A DNA stretch of 64,000 bases from UHGV virus genome UHGV-0200554, one strand, 5' to 3'. Of this stretch, positions 18,080 to 27,938 are shown piece after piece. The translations under genes were made by a program, and so were the position numbers. Each line of letters opens with the position of its first letter. Positions within the stretch are counted from its first letter, which is position 1. This stretch comes from a virus. Below the pieces are notes generated by a model. It searched no databases, was not told the origin of the DNA, and saw nothing but the letters and a program-made list of their open reading frames with translations.

Positions 18080-20866
18080 ATGGCGCTTTTTTGTTATGAC
18101 TTTGAGGCCTCAGGCTTGCTCGATGAGCCTGAACTGTACTACCATTGTGGACTGTTTAAACAGCACCACAAAAACAATTTCATGCTATTCCTGCCGCTAA
18201 ACGACAGGACCCATTACACAGAGGAAGATGTAGAAACAGCAAAACAATTTGCTCTCAATAAGCAGACAATTTACAAAAACTGTCAGGTGCGGGTTGCCGA
18301 CTTCGGGTATCTGGAAGAGTGGTTGACAGGACATTCTGATTGGTCACCAACAGCTCTTGCCTGCCACAACTGCTTTGATTATGACCAGATTTTGATGGAA
18401 AAACTGTCAGGCATTCATTTCGACCTGTTCGAAGATAAAGATTGCATGGGAACCATCAACGGTCACAGGGTTAACCTGTTCGATACTCTGCCGATGAGTC
18501 GTATACTGTGGCCTGATCGCCCGTTACCGAAGGGTTGCCCAGAATCAGTATTCAACCCGGTAACGAAGAAAAGTCAAGCTGTAGGTCCACACGGGTTGAT
18601 GGCCTGGGGCTATGCACTTGGCAACCAGAAAGTTAAGATTGATGACTGGCGCAATCTTCCACTCTGGAAATACGTAGACCGTGTGTGGGAAGACGTTATC
18701 ATCCAGGAATTGCTCTGGGACGAACTGATCGCCGAGTCCAAAGGGACATTCTACGGTAAATCTGACATGCAAAACTTTATGTATGATCCAGACAAAGAGA
18801 AACCTGGTGGATTCAAACAGATCACTTGGAAGTATGCTCTGCGTCGTGGGATGCTTCAGCACTTCCTGATGGGCTTACAGGCAAGACAAGGTGTTTATTT
18901 TGATATTGATGGGGCGATAGCTTTACGTCAGAAGTGTGACGACATGATGAAAGAGATCGCTGATCGTGTGGAACCGCAGCTGCCACTGAAAGAAATTTCA
19001 GAGGCCCAGAAGCCTAAGTTCCCACAGAAACCGTTTAATACGGATGGTAGTATCTCTTCTCACGGCTACAGCTGGTTGAAGAACAAACTGGGGTATCCAG
19101 TTAATGAAGCAGCTTTCGACTTCAAACCTGCACCTAAACGGGCTTTCAACAAAGATGGTAGTGTTAGTGCCACAGGTGCTAAATGGTGTGTAGAAAGAGG
19201 TTGCACCGATCCTGAAAAACAGGCAGACTTCCTGAGGGCAGCACGGTCAGAGGAAGCACCTAAACCTCTGCCGGATGACCTGATGCAACAGGCAATTAAG
19301 GATTTGCAGGATAAGAAAATGCCTGATTGCATGGTGCCTATGAGAATGAATAACCAGATGGATATCAAGCGTTATCTAATCTCTGTAGGCTGGCAACCAA
19401 CAATGTGGAGAACGAAAGATTTAACCCGTGATTACCACAAAAAACAGTTGCCGGATGCTGAAGTTGATGCTAAAGTAAGGGAGTATATGGATGAACTGGA
19501 AACATCTGAGTATCGTGCCCTGATCATCCGTGAACTGAACAAGGATGCACGATTCAAAATTTCAGAAGCGAAGTTTCTGAGTCGTAAGAACTCCCCGAGG
19601 GTTGAGCAGGAGGTGTTCGCTAAGTTCCGGCGTAAAGCCAGAGGACTACCAACATCCCCGCAGCTGAAAGATAGCTTCGGGCATTTGTGTCCTAACCTGG
19701 CAAGACTGCAAGGAGAGATGGCAAAAGATATTGTGTTCTGGCTGTCATTGCGTAACCGTAGGTCAGTACTTGACCCAATCAAGGAAGATAAAGTTGATAC
19801 CGGATTGTTGAATCATCCGAGATTGCAGATCGATCACCGCTTACCCGCAGAAAGCTCTGGTTTGACTGCTACCGGACGACAGAAGCATAAAATATGTGCC
19901 AACCAGCCTAAACCTTCACCAAAAGTTGTATTGGGTAAGGAGATGCGTAGCCTCTGGAAACCTGCTCCTGGTAAGTATCAGTTGGGGGTGGATGGTTCCA
20001 ACCTTGAACAGCTGATAGGTGCATGGGGTGCTTACGATTTCGACAACGGGGCGTATTACAGGATTATAAGCGAAGGGGACGCACATGCTTTGAACGCCAA
20101 AGCCTACTCTAAAGTTGTGGGCAGGGAAGTTTCCCGTGGTGATGGTAAACCAATCACCTATGGTGTGATGTATGGCGCTCAAAAGGATAAAGTAGCGGAT
20201 ATGCTCGACGTTGTGCCGGAGGTTGGTCAGCAGGTAATTGATGCATTCTGGGATACCAACTTCGGCCTGAAAGGTCGTAAAGAGGCACTTGAGAAATTCT
20301 GGGAGGCAACAGGTAAGAAATTTATCTATGCTTTCGATGGTCATGCCATCTGGACACGCTCTAAACACTCCTTGCTGAATGCATATCAGCAGAATGGTGG
20401 CGCTTCATTGTGTGACTTGGTAGGCTTACTGGTTCATCGCAACCTAGTGACCTTGAAAATAGATAATAAAACTTGGTATGACCTAGGTGTCAGAAGAATA
20501 ATTTATTACCATGACGAATTTCAGTATGAAATTCCAGATAATGGCTTATTTAAAACAGTTTATGAGTTTGATACTCTGGAAGAACTGGAAAAATTCAAAG
20601 CAGAGGAGGAAGCAAAAGGTCGTATCTTTACTGGCAACAAATACAAAAAAGCCCGTAAAGATGAAAATGGTGAAGAAGTAGTTGACAGCAACGGTAAAAC
20701 CGTGTATGATCCAATCATAAACGAAAACGGCAAATGCCAGTTGATTCATTGCAAGGTTGGTGAAATGGTTGTTAAATGCTTCCACCAGGCATCTCGCATC
20801 ATGAAAGTACCTTTCCAGATCACAGGTGAAGGTCTTGTGGGATACTCGTGGGGCGAATGCCACTGA
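18080..20866 (+). CDS. DNA polymerase, family A, with 3'-5' exonuclease domain
   Basis: Exo I YDFEASG at N-terminus; motif B-like KPITYGVMYGAQ; motif C YHDEFQYE; 928 aa. Confidence 0.85.
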   Translation: MALFCYDFEASGLLDEPELYYHCGLFKQHHKNNFMLFLPLNDRTHYTEEDVETAKQFALNKQTIYKNCQVRVADFGYLEEWLTGHSDWSPTALACHNCFDYDQILMEKLSGIHFDLFEDKDCMGTINGHRVNLFDTLPMSRILWPDRPLPKGCPESVFNPVTKKSQAVGPHGLMAWGYALGNQKVKIDDWRNLPLWKYVDRVWEDVIIQELLWDELIAESKGTFYGKSDMQNFMYDPDKEKPGGFKQITWKYALRRGMLQHFLMGLQARQGVYFDIDGAIALRQKCDDMMKEIADRVEPQLPLKEISEAQKPKFPQKPFNTDGSISSHGYSWLKNKLGYPVNEAAFDFKPAPKRAFNKDGSVSATGAKWCVERGCTDPEKQADFLRAARSEEAPKPLPDDLMQQAIKDLQDKKMPDCMVPMRMNNQMDIKRYLISVGWQPTMWRTKDLTRDYHKKQLPDAEVDAKVREYMDELETSEYRALIIRELNKDARFKISEAKFLSRKNSPRVEQEVFAKFRRKARGLPTSPQLKDSFGHLCPNLARLQGEMAKDIVFWLSLRNRRSVLDPIKEDKVDTGLLNHPRLQIDHRLPAESSGLTATGRQKHKICANQPKPSPKVVLGKEMRSLWKPAPGKYQLGVDGSNLEQLIGAWGAYDFDNGAYYRIISEGDAHALNAKAYSKVVGREVSRGDGKPITYGVMYGAQKDKVADMLDVVPEVGQQVIDAFWDTNFGLKGRKEALEKFWEATGKKFIYAFDGHAIWTRSKHSLLNAYQQNGGASLCDLVGLLVHRNLVTLKIDNKTWYDLGVRRIIYYHDEFQYEIPDNGLFKTVYEFDTLEELEKFKAEEEAKGRIFTGNKYKKARKDENGEEVVDSNGKTVYDPIINENGKCQLIHCKVGEMVVKCFHQASRIMKVPFQITGEGLVGYSWGECH

Positions 20867-20932
20867 TAAATCAATAACTTACGTAACATACTGGAGGGGA
20901 ATACTTCCCCTCCCCAATCAGGAGAGTTAGCC

Positions 20933-21184
20933 ATGACAGAACGTGAAGTAATCCCAGTAGTATGTGTTTACGCAGCAGGTGAAGATGACGGTTATCCACA
21001 CCTGGAAGGTTTATTTGTTGAAGGCCATGAGTACGTACTCGTCCGGTCAGAGGAAGAAGACGAAGAAGGGATCTACCTGGTTAAAGACGAAAGAGTACCG
21101 TTTGAATGGTCAGCAATAGAACAGGAAGATGGTGTGTGGACTGTCGAAGGTCTGGAGCTGATTGCAGAATTCGAAGAACTTTAA
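20933..21184 (+). CDS. hypothetical acidic protein
   Basis: ORF track; RBS AGGAGAG. Confidence 0.5.
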   Translation: MTEREVIPVVCVYAAGEDDGYPHLEGLFVEGHEYVLVRSEEEDEEGIYLVKDERVPFEWSAIEQEDGVWTVEGLELIAEFEEL

Positions 21185-21195
21185 GGGGCACCACA

Positions 21196-21417
21196 ATGGA
21201 AGACTGTATCTTAGTAAAAGCTAAATTCGTCAATCCTAGAGCATTTTGGTTTACAGAAGGTGGTACTTACGTACTCCAGAAGTCTCCTCAAATAGCTGGC
21301 AATTTAATAGTCATTGACGACGATGGTGAATCATGGTTCACAACTCCACAGTTTGACGGTACGTGGGAAGTAGTGGGCACTTACACTCACGCTGTATTCG
21401 AGGAGATAGAGGAATGA
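21196..21417 (+). CDS. hypothetical protein
   Basis: ORF track 21106..21417 trimmed to ATG 21196 (RBS AAGGGG). Confidence 0.45.
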   Translation: MEDCILVKAKFVNPRAFWFTEGGTYVLQKSPQIAGNLIVIDDDGESWFTTPQFDGTWEVVGTYTHAVFEEIEE

Positions 21418-21791
21418 AAGTTAAAGGCACAGAACACATAGAACGCGCTGTGGAGGTTGAACTGGATGCCCGTGAAGTGGGCGAACTCATCGACAACACA
21501 GCAGAAGAAGTGCTCCTGCATTCGATTCAGTGCCGTGCAATGCAACGTTTCTATGAACGGGTTGCAGGTTTTGAAGGCTCTTTTTGTGTGCGGCAGCGGC
21601 AGGGAGATAATGGTATACTTGTGTACCAACTGTGGAAAATTGATGCTGACTGGGACTACCACAATGATGTTGGCATCGATGAAAAAATAAAAGACTTGAC
21701 AACAGAGGAGGTTGTGGAGTATATTTACCTCCGTGGTTGGGTAGAGAACGCAATATTCCAGTTAAGAATTCCAGTTGGAGAAGCCAAATGA
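21414..21791 (+). CDS. hypothetical protein
   Basis: ORF track trimmed to ATG 21414 (GAGGAATGA overlap). Confidence 0.5.
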   Translation: MKVKGTEHIERAVEVELDAREVGELIDNTAEEVLLHSIQCRAMQRFYERVAGFEGSFCVRQRQGDNGILVYQLWKIDADWDYHNDVGIDEKIKDLTTEEVVEYIYLRGWVENAIFQLRIPVGEAK

Positions 21792-22045
21792 AAATTATTA
21801 TCAAAGAAGACAAACTGATTTCTGATGAAACTTTCCGTGATTGCACTGCTGGTGCAGTCTATGAAGCGAAAATGTGTGAAAATCCGCTAATTGCACTCTG
21901 CGAACAACTCGGTATCCACCTTGACGAAGAAGATATTCGTTACGCCGAAGAAGGTCTGCAATGTCTCCTCTTCCACGACGATAAAGGAGAGGCTGTGTAT
22001 TGCACTTTCAAAGACGTGGTTATTGTAAAACCTGAACATTATTGA
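21788..22045 (+). CDS. hypothetical protein
   Basis: ORF track trimmed to ATG 21788. Confidence 0.45.
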   Translation: MKIIIKEDKLISDETFRDCTAGAVYEAKMCENPLIALCEQLGIHLDEEDIRYAEEGLQCLLFHDDKGEAVYCTFKDVVIVKPEHY

Positions 22046-22054
22046 TATTAACTA

Positions 22055-22083
22055 TTGACAAGCGTGGCGGGGTTATGTATAAT
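22055..22083 (+). promoter_or_regulatory. sigma70-like promoter, consensus TTGACA-17-TATAAT, -10 in hairpin loop
   Basis: TTGACA 22055-22060, TATAAT 22078-22083; CGGGG...CCCCG inverted repeat brackets the -10. Confidence 0.6.
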
Positions 22084-22111
22084 AGCCCCGTTAACAAAGA
22101 GGAGAGCCAGA

Positions 22112-22369
22112 ATGAAAGCACAACGTGTCAAAGCTAAAGTAAAACGTTTCTGCCTTGAAGAAGACTGCGCATTTTGTGATTGTGAACTAGGTGTCATCTA
22201 TGATGCTATCATCAATCTGGATGACGAAGATGATCCTCAACTGGGCAAAGAATGTGTCCTGATCGACGGGCATGGTGATGATGTTTACTGCACAACAGCA
22301 GAGCTGGAAATCGTAGAAGAAGGTGAAGTCTACGAAACTACTTACACAGAACTTTTCCGTAGCTTTTAA
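22112..22369 (+). CDS. hypothetical Cys-containing protein
   Basis: ATG 22112 with GAGGAGAG RBS; CxxC pairs (CLEEDCAFCDC). Confidence 0.5.
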   Translation: MKAQRVKAKVKRFCLEEDCAFCDCELGVIYDAIINLDDEDDPQLGKECVLIDGHGDDVYCTTAELEIVEEGEVYETTYTELFRSF

Positions 22370-22381
22370 AGGTGCCACAAG

Positions 22382-22780
22382 ATGAAAAAACTTTGGGATT
22401 TAGACCTCTTCGATCTTACTGGGTTTGACGATTCATTCGGTGTTATCACAGTCCGTGATGGTGTGGCTGTGCTTAACTTGAATGGTCAGCAATTCCTGCT
22501 TGAAGATATGGCTTTGGTACGTGCAGATGACAATCCAAAAGCTGATCTGTTTGACCGTTTACAGCCGTTCAATTTCCGTAAAGGTACAAAAGCAGACCTT
22601 GATTGTAAGGTCAACGTGATGGTCACACAACAAGGTCCGTACCTGGTAATCTGCGCAGTAAAGAAAATGTGCAGCCTGAATGATCACGACCCACGGGCTA
22701 AAAACGATGTTATCATCCTCAAAGTGGGTGATGCGATGGAAGATTTGATGAATGCAACTGGAGGTACTGGTGAGGACTGA
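22382..22780 (+). CDS. hypothetical protein
   Basis: ORF track. Confidence 0.5.
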   Translation: MKKLWDLDLFDLTGFDDSFGVITVRDGVAVLNLNGQQFLLEDMALVRADDNPKADLFDRLQPFNFRKGTKADLDCKVNVMVTQQGPYLVICAVKKMCSLNDHDPRAKNDVIILKVGDAMEDLMNATGGTGED

Positions 22781-23072
22781 TTACGAAAATATGGATCCTG
22801 AAGACTTCCTGAAGATCTTACGCCGCGTAATGAACTCACAAAACGAGATCACTTTGGAAGATGAGTTACTTGCCTCTTACCTCGAAGAGGCTGGCGATGA
22901 GCTTCCAATCTATGCGGGTCCGGGGGGCATGTATGCTTTGTGGCGCAAGATAGACATTCTTGAAACAGGGAAAGATATGATTATCTGGCACCTGATCAAC
23001 AATGTTGGGGTCCCTGCATTTGACAAAGCGGTTGCAGAATTTTATCAACTTGACGAAGGCTACCCAGTATGA
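22770..23072 (+). CDS. hypothetical protein
   Basis: ORF track 22752..23072; start uncertain (GTG 22770 after GGAGG). Confidence 0.4.
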   Translation: MRTDYENMDPEDFLKILRRVMNSQNEITLEDELLASYLEEAGDELPIYAGPGGMYALWRKIDILETGKDMIIWHLINNVGVPAFDKAVAEFYQLDEGYPV

Positions 23073-23329
23073 AACGCTTAACAGACCATGTATTCAAAGA
23101 AGGTGACAAAATCGTATTCGATGAGTTAGGTCCTGGCGCTGAAGCATGTGAAAACCTGACAGTAGGTAAAGAGTATGAAGTTGTAACTCCTACTTACAAA
23201 CACACACAGCTGTTCGGTATTGATGCTGAAATCTTACTACCAGGTATGTTTGAAATCCGTGATGATGCAGGTGATCTGATCGTAGGCGTACTTGGTGACG
23301 GCCTGTGGGGTGTTGCACGCCCAGTGTGA
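23069..23329 (+). CDS. hypothetical protein
   Basis: ORF track; ATGA overlap. Confidence 0.5.
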   Translation: MKRLTDHVFKEGDKIVFDELGPGAEACENLTVGKEYEVVTPTYKHTQLFGIDAEILLPGMFEIRDDAGDLIVGVLGDGLWGVARPV

Positions 23330-23349
23330 TACTGTATAAACAATCAGTA

Positions 23350-23379
23350 TTGTTATTCCTGTAGGGAAGTGCTATAATG
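23350..23379 (+). promoter_or_regulatory. sigma70-like promoter with -10 TATAAT inside GC-clamped hairpin
   Basis: TTGTTA-18-TATAAT (23374-23379); GGGAAGT...ACTTCCC inverted repeat (23364-23388). Confidence 0.5.
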
Positions 23380-23425
23380 GTACTTCCCTTTAATACGTTG
23401 TTCAACTAATCGGAGATTTCCTATA

Positions 23426-23821
23426 ATGGAACAAATGAACGATCAAGAAACGGTGGCAATGAACGTGCCAAACGAAGAACAACCTCAAGAAGCTGTATTC
23501 TTAGGGTTATCACGAGATCAGGTAGCTTTGCTGGCTGTTCTCTCTTCCTTCTTCTCCAACCTTACCGAAGTCATGAAGCAACAAGATGCTGATCGACTCT
23601 TCCAGGCACTGGTTGAAGAACCAAATTACAGACGCTTAGATTATGCTTTAGGTTGGGTAGCTCGCAACCGGGATGATATCCTTGCTTTGGTGGGAACCTG
23701 CAACTTTGCACTGGGCCTACTGGCTAAAGTACAGGATACCTTAATCAAAGTCGGCTTCCAGGCTGGTGATCAGCAACAAGAAGCAGAGCAACCACAACAA
23801 ACTGAAGGAGACAAACAATGA
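23426..23821 (+). CDS. hypothetical protein
   Basis: ORF track; Q-rich acidic C-terminus. Confidence 0.5.
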   Translation: MEQMNDQETVAMNVPNEEQPQEAVFLGLSRDQVALLAVLSSFFSNLTEVMKQQDADRLFQALVEEPNYRRLDYALGWVARNRDDILALVGTCNFALGLLAKVQDTLIKVGFQAGDQQQEAEQPQQTEGDKQ

Positions 23822-25071
23822 GTGTTGTACAAGAATTCAAAAACCCAATGAATCCCCGTGAAACTATTCTCATGGCTCACGGTATCATCAAACGGGTAAG
23901 TATTAAACCTATCAAAGGGGCTGATCCTGAAACAGGCATCAAAACTACTGTGTGGCAAGGTAAGAAAATAGAATCCTCACACACTATTGCTCTTCTAATC
24001 GCTGAAGTGGATGAGAACGACAAACTGCTCCAGGGCGGTGAAGAGATGTGGGTTAGCATGGGCGATAAACTCCTGAAACCTGGTCATCAGGATTCTGTTA
24101 GCGTTAAGATTAATGACAAATGGGAAACTGTAGTACCTGGCTGGATTGTTAACATCCCGCTTAAATCCAACGAGTACAACGGTAAAACCTATTACAAAGG
24201 ATCTCTGGCTAAAATTGTTGTGTTAGGGGCTGGTGAAGTACCTGCAAGTGCTCCTAAAGCGCAGCAGAAAGGCCAACAACAGCCTAAACATGGTCAGGGT
24301 AAGCAACCACAAGGCAACCAACAAAAACCTGCTCAGAAAGGGGCTAATGACGTTTTACGCATTTATGGTACTATCACCGCCATTGATGGTAAATCCGTAA
24401 CCGTTGATGATCAGAAGATTGGTGTTGGTGTGATGGTTGTCAACAACCCAAATCAGTTGAAAGAGCTGGTTGTAGGTGGTCGTGTTGCAGCTGTATGCGA
24501 TACAGCGGGTAATGTCCTGAGTGGTTTTAAAGCATATCCACCACTGGAAAACAAAACACCTCGTAAGTCAACCTACGACCCTATTGGTGTGAGCACTGGT
24601 CATGCTCTTAATGCAATGCAAATTCTTCTGGATCGTGGATTGAATCCGGGGAGTACGACAGATTTAGGTATCGCAATGCAACTCCACACCTTGACAATTG
24701 ACCTTAAAATGGAGTATGCTAAGGCAACAGGGAATGAAGAGGATGCTGTTGGGGCAACTGTAGGTAATGCTGTACTTAATGCATGTCGCCGTGTTAACAT
24801 CGACAACCTACAGAATCTTGATTGTCTGTTCAAAGATATCAAAGCTGAAGCCAATAACGTTCTGGTAAATCTGGCTGAACCTTTGTATCAGTGGATCAAA
24901 ACTGGCAGCACAACCGCTGTTTCTAAACAGGGAACCAAACAGGAACCTGTGCCGGAACAGAAGCCAGAACCGCAACCGGAGCCTCAGCAGAATACTGTAG
25001 ATGCTCCACCAGTAGAAGAGGAGGAACCTGATCCTACAGAGTGGGCCTTTGATGAAGACATACCCTTCTGA
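23818..25071 (+). CDS. SSB-like protein with acidic C-terminal tail (DEDIPF)
   Basis: C-terminus EEEEPDPTEWAFDEDIPF resembles the E. coli SSB tip DFDDDIPF and T7 gp2.5-type acidic tails; Gln/Gly-rich linker; N-terminal fold unverified. Confidence 0.5.
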   Translation: MSVVQEFKNPMNPRETILMAHGIIKRVSIKPIKGADPETGIKTTVWQGKKIESSHTIALLIAEVDENDKLLQGGEEMWVSMGDKLLKPGHQDSVSVKINDKWETVVPGWIVNIPLKSNEYNGKTYYKGSLAKIVVLGAGEVPASAPKAQQKGQQQPKHGQGKQPQGNQQKPAQKGANDVLRIYGTITAIDGKSVTVDDQKIGVGVMVVNNPNQLKELVVGGRVAAVCDTAGNVLSGFKAYPPLENKTPRKSTYDPIGVSTGHALNAMQILLDRGLNPGSTTDLGIAMQLHTLTIDLKMEYAKATGNEEDAVGATVGNAVLNACRRVNIDNLQNLDCLFKDIKAEANNVLVNLAEPLYQWIKTGSTTAVSKQGTKQEPVPEQKPEPQPEPQQNTVDAPPVEEEEPDPTEWAFDEDIPF

Positions 25072-25135
25072 TAAGTCATTGATTTATAGAGGATTTTAGC
25101 CATGTTCAACGAAGAAAACTGGGATGTGTAACGAT

Positions 25136-25162
25136 AAGGCCACCTTCGGGTGGCCTTTTTTA
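25136..25162 (+). terminator. rho-independent terminator
   Basis: AAGGCCACC-TTCG-GGTGGCCTT hairpin followed by TTTTTT. Confidence 0.75.
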
Positions 25163-25191
25163 TTGACAAGAGAAAAATTTTAGGCTATAAT
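25163..25191 (+). promoter_or_regulatory. sigma70-like promoter TTGACA-17-TATAAT
   Basis: TTGACA 25163-25168; TATAAT 25186-25191, directly abutting the terminator. Confidence 0.6.
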
Positions 25192-25493
25192 GCGACCACT
25201 AAGAGAAAGATAAGGACTACCACTAGGATTAAGCAAGACATTATCAAAGCACGCAAACAGTTGACAGCGGAAGAAGCTCTTGATCGGGGTTATCGTTTTG
25301 CACAGACTTATAAAGCTATTCGTGAAGCACTGACTGATATGGTCAATGGGCAGCGGGAAGTGATGAAAAACAATATCAGCATTAAAATTTCTGAGTACAC
25401 AATTTGCAGGTTAGAAAGTTTAGGCATCACTGTTCGTGATTTTGCTTTCAAAGTCTTGTTCCGTTTGGAACGTTTGTGAGAGGGAGGTATTCC

Positions 25494-26132
25494 ATGAAAA
25501 AGTTTATTGGCAAGGTAGTGGCTGTAGATGTGGACCTTACTTTTGTTGATTCTGGTCGTGCATGGTTAGACTGGTGTCAGAAAAGGACTGGTCTACCTAT
25601 TAACGTTTTTCTGCCGCCACAGAATCCACAGATGCGTTTCTATTATGACCTGACAAAATACTTCCCTGAATGCTACAAGAAAGATTTGAGGCTTTTCTGG
25701 AAGTTGGGTGGCATCTATGACAACCTTGAGCCGTTGCCTGGTGCTGTTGACACTATCAAGTGGTTGCATGATGAAGGAGCCATCATCTGGTTTTTAACTG
25801 GGTCTTTAAGCCACAAACAACATGTTAATAAATTCGATTTCATTAACAAGTGGTGTCCTTTCCTGGAGATAAAATGGGGAGGCCACGGAAACAGGAACGA
25901 AAACGAACTGATCCGTGTGAAAGATATGTACGAGAAGGTAAATTTCGAGTGGGACGTGCTCATAGATGATCGCATAGAGGCATTTCCTCCTCGGAAAGAT
26001 TCTCACGCCGGAAGCACGATTCTGATGGATACTCCTTACGATCAGAGTTGTACGGATTGGACACGTGTTGACGCTGTTGTTAACGGTTGGGGTGATAAAA
26101 TGAAAGAGCACCTTGAATGGGCTTTAGCTTGA
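25494..26132 (+). CDS. HAD-superfamily hydrolase, 5'(3')-deoxyribonucleotidase-like
   Basis: DxDxT motif (VAVDVDLTF) at N-terminus; ATG 25494 with GGAGGGAGG RBS. Confidence 0.6.
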   Translation: MKKFIGKVVAVDVDLTFVDSGRAWLDWCQKRTGLPINVFLPPQNPQMRFYYDLTKYFPECYKKDLRLFWKLGGIYDNLEPLPGAVDTIKWLHDEGAIIWFLTGSLSHKQHVNKFDFINKWCPFLEIKWGGHGNRNENELIRVKDMYEKVNFEWDVLIDDRIEAFPPRKDSHAGSTILMDTPYDQSCTDWTRVDAVVNGWGDKMKEHLEWALA

Positions 26133-26590
26133 TGCCTTCCCACAAAGCAGAGGTACACCACATGTGCAAATGTAAATCTTACAATAAGAAAGTGAAGGGC
26201 GCTAAACACCCAAATGTTATTCTGGAAGTTCCTAAACGTCTTCGTACAAAACGGTTAGATGGGACGGAACAACGCACTATTGCAGTTGATAAATGCATGG
26301 CTAAACGGCTGGTTAGTTTGTGGGCAGCAGGTTTGCAGACTATGAACTGTTGCTGTGGTCACAACAAGTTTATGCCTACAATAATCATTCCAGAAGATGC
26401 TTGTCTGGAAGATTATTTCAAGATTCTTGATCGCTATGAGCAAACTTGTGTTGCACAGTGGCGTAAGTTCAAAGGTGAGTTTAGTCTGTTCTACTACATT
26501 AAGGTGGGTTCAGCTATACTTTGTATCAGTGAGCCTCCAAAAGTTCATGGCCCAGATTTTTATATAGCCACCAAAGTGTTCAATCAATAA
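26132..26590 (+). CDS. hypothetical Cys-rich protein
   Basis: ORF track trimmed to ATG 26132 (TGATG overlap); several Cys/His (CKCKS, CCCGHNKF). Confidence 0.45.
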   Translation: MPSHKAEVHHMCKCKSYNKKVKGAKHPNVILEVPKRLRTKRLDGTEQRTIAVDKCMAKRLVSLWAAGLQTMNCCCGHNKFMPTIIIPEDACLEDYFKILDRYEQTCVAQWRKFKGEFSLFYYIKVGSAILCISEPPKVHGPDFYIATKVFNQ

Positions 26591-26607
26591 GTTAAGATAT
26601 TAAGTTC

Positions 26608-26865
26608 ATGAAAAGAAAACTAATTAAGCGCAATAAGGCATTTTTAAGTAAGTGTATTAAGGACGCTAAGGGCTGGCCTCTATACCTCTTCCTTTATGAC
26701 AGGTATTCTAAAATGTCGGTTATGGAAATGCGGTACTACAAGAAGCTCAGAAAGGAATCATATACGAAACAGGGCCGCATTAACGGACTTTACCTGATGT
26801 GGTACGGTAAAGAACCGTCCAGAATCTGTGTTGGGTTAAAGGGGCGTATACGGAACAAAAATTAA
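26608..26865 (+). CDS. hypothetical basic protein
   Basis: ORF track. Confidence 0.45.
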   Translation: MKRKLIKRNKAFLSKCIKDAKGWPLYLFLYDRYSKMSVMEMRYYKKLRKESYTKQGRINGLYLMWYGKEPSRICVGLKGRIRNKN

Positions 26866-26916
26866 TATTTTGCAACTTTACCTCTTGACAACACCAACAA
26901 AAAAGAGTACATTAAA

Positions 26917-26945
26917 GGCCAACAAAGATTGTTGGCCTTTTTATT
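26917..26945 (+). terminator. rho-independent terminator
   Basis: GGCCAACA-AAGAT-TGTTGGCC hairpin then TTTTT. Confidence 0.7.
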
Positions 26946-26961
26946 TTCGGAGAGACATATC

Positions 26962-27465
26962 ATGGCACTTAGTCTGAAACACGAATTTGGCGGTCTTGTT
27001 AACAGAGAACTTTTCGGTATTGACTGGTGTGTAGAGAAGTTTACTGGTTATCAAGACAAGGAAGAGGCTTACGTTACGCTGTCTGTACAAATTTACACTA
27101 CAAGAATCACTATCCACCAGGGTGATGGAAATGTAACTCTTGACGAAATGTATGCCAAATACGATCTTATCCGTGATATGATCGAGCGCTGGATGTTTGC
27201 TCTGGATAACAACATCAAATGTAGTGATCGTATCTGGTTAGACAACTCTCACGCCAAAGGGCACATGCACGGGAATTGCACTTTCGAGGTCTGTGTTGAC
27301 GGCGACAGTAGTGATGACACTTTCACTTTAGCTGATTGTCAAAAACGGCTGTATTTTTCTCCTTACCAAATAGACCAAGTAAAATTACTGCATAAAGAAC
27401 TTTGCAACCTTCTTAAAGCAATCAAGTATTGCAAAACTCATGACGTTTATGGGGGTGCATTATGA
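26962..27465 (+). CDS. hypothetical protein
   Basis: ORF track trimmed to ATG 26962 (GGAGAGA RBS). Confidence 0.5.
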   Translation: MALSLKHEFGGLVNRELFGIDWCVEKFTGYQDKEEAYVTLSVQIYTTRITIHQGDGNVTLDEMYAKYDLIRDMIERWMFALDNNIKCSDRIWLDNSHAKGHMHGNCTFEVCVDGDSSDDTFTLADCQKRLYFSPYQIDQVKLLHKELCNLLKAIKYCKTHDVYGGAL

Positions 27466-27917
27466 TTTTTGGTAGTGACGGTGGCAAATGGTACGGTGAT
27501 GACTACTACGGAATCAGCTACCACATAGAACTGAACAAAAAGCTGCCTTGTGTGTTTGAACTGTGCATTAAAAAGGCAGAACGTGTTGTTCGCCTGCACA
27601 ATGATCATTTTGCAGACTTCCTGATAAAAATCGAAAGACTGCAAGACTGTTTGTGTGATTTTTTACAAGCAGTAGATAACGGTGAGAAAAGTTACGGCAG
27701 GGTTGATCTCGACAGCAGTGATGAATTTTTCAAAATGCTGGCGCGTTGTTGCTGGCATGTCGGGATGGAAGGGGCTTGCTATCCAGAGTTTTGTATCTCT
27801 GATTGCTACCGCATCAATCATTTTACTTCTATCGAGTTTTTAAAAGACCTCGAAAACGAGTTAAAGGTTGTGTTAGACTACCTGCACAAACACGCAGCAG
27901 AGTACGGAGATCGTTAA
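27462..27917 (+). CDS. hypothetical protein
   Basis: ORF track; ATGA overlap. Confidence 0.5.
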   Translation: MIFGSDGGKWYGDDYYGISYHIELNKKLPCVFELCIKKAERVVRLHNDHFADFLIKIERLQDCLCDFLQAVDNGEKSYGRVDLDSSDEFFKMLARCCWHVGMEGACYPEFCISDCYRINHFTSIEFLKDLENELKVVLDYLHKHAAEYGDR

Positions 27918-27938
27918 GCTAAGTAGAAGAGGGGCACT

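Noticed and set aside
7417-20368. Long antisense ORFs inside large plus-strand genes (e.g. 8061..8486, 8557..9246, 15354..15731, 19916..20368)
   Set aside because: Embedded opposite well-supported motif-bearing genes; typical shadow ORFs.
25150-25479. ORF-track CDS starting at 25150
   Set aside because: The track start lies upstream of the promoter -10 at 25186-25191, so the real start, if coding, must be an internal ATG/GTG; left unannotated as start is unresolved, not rejected as non-coding.
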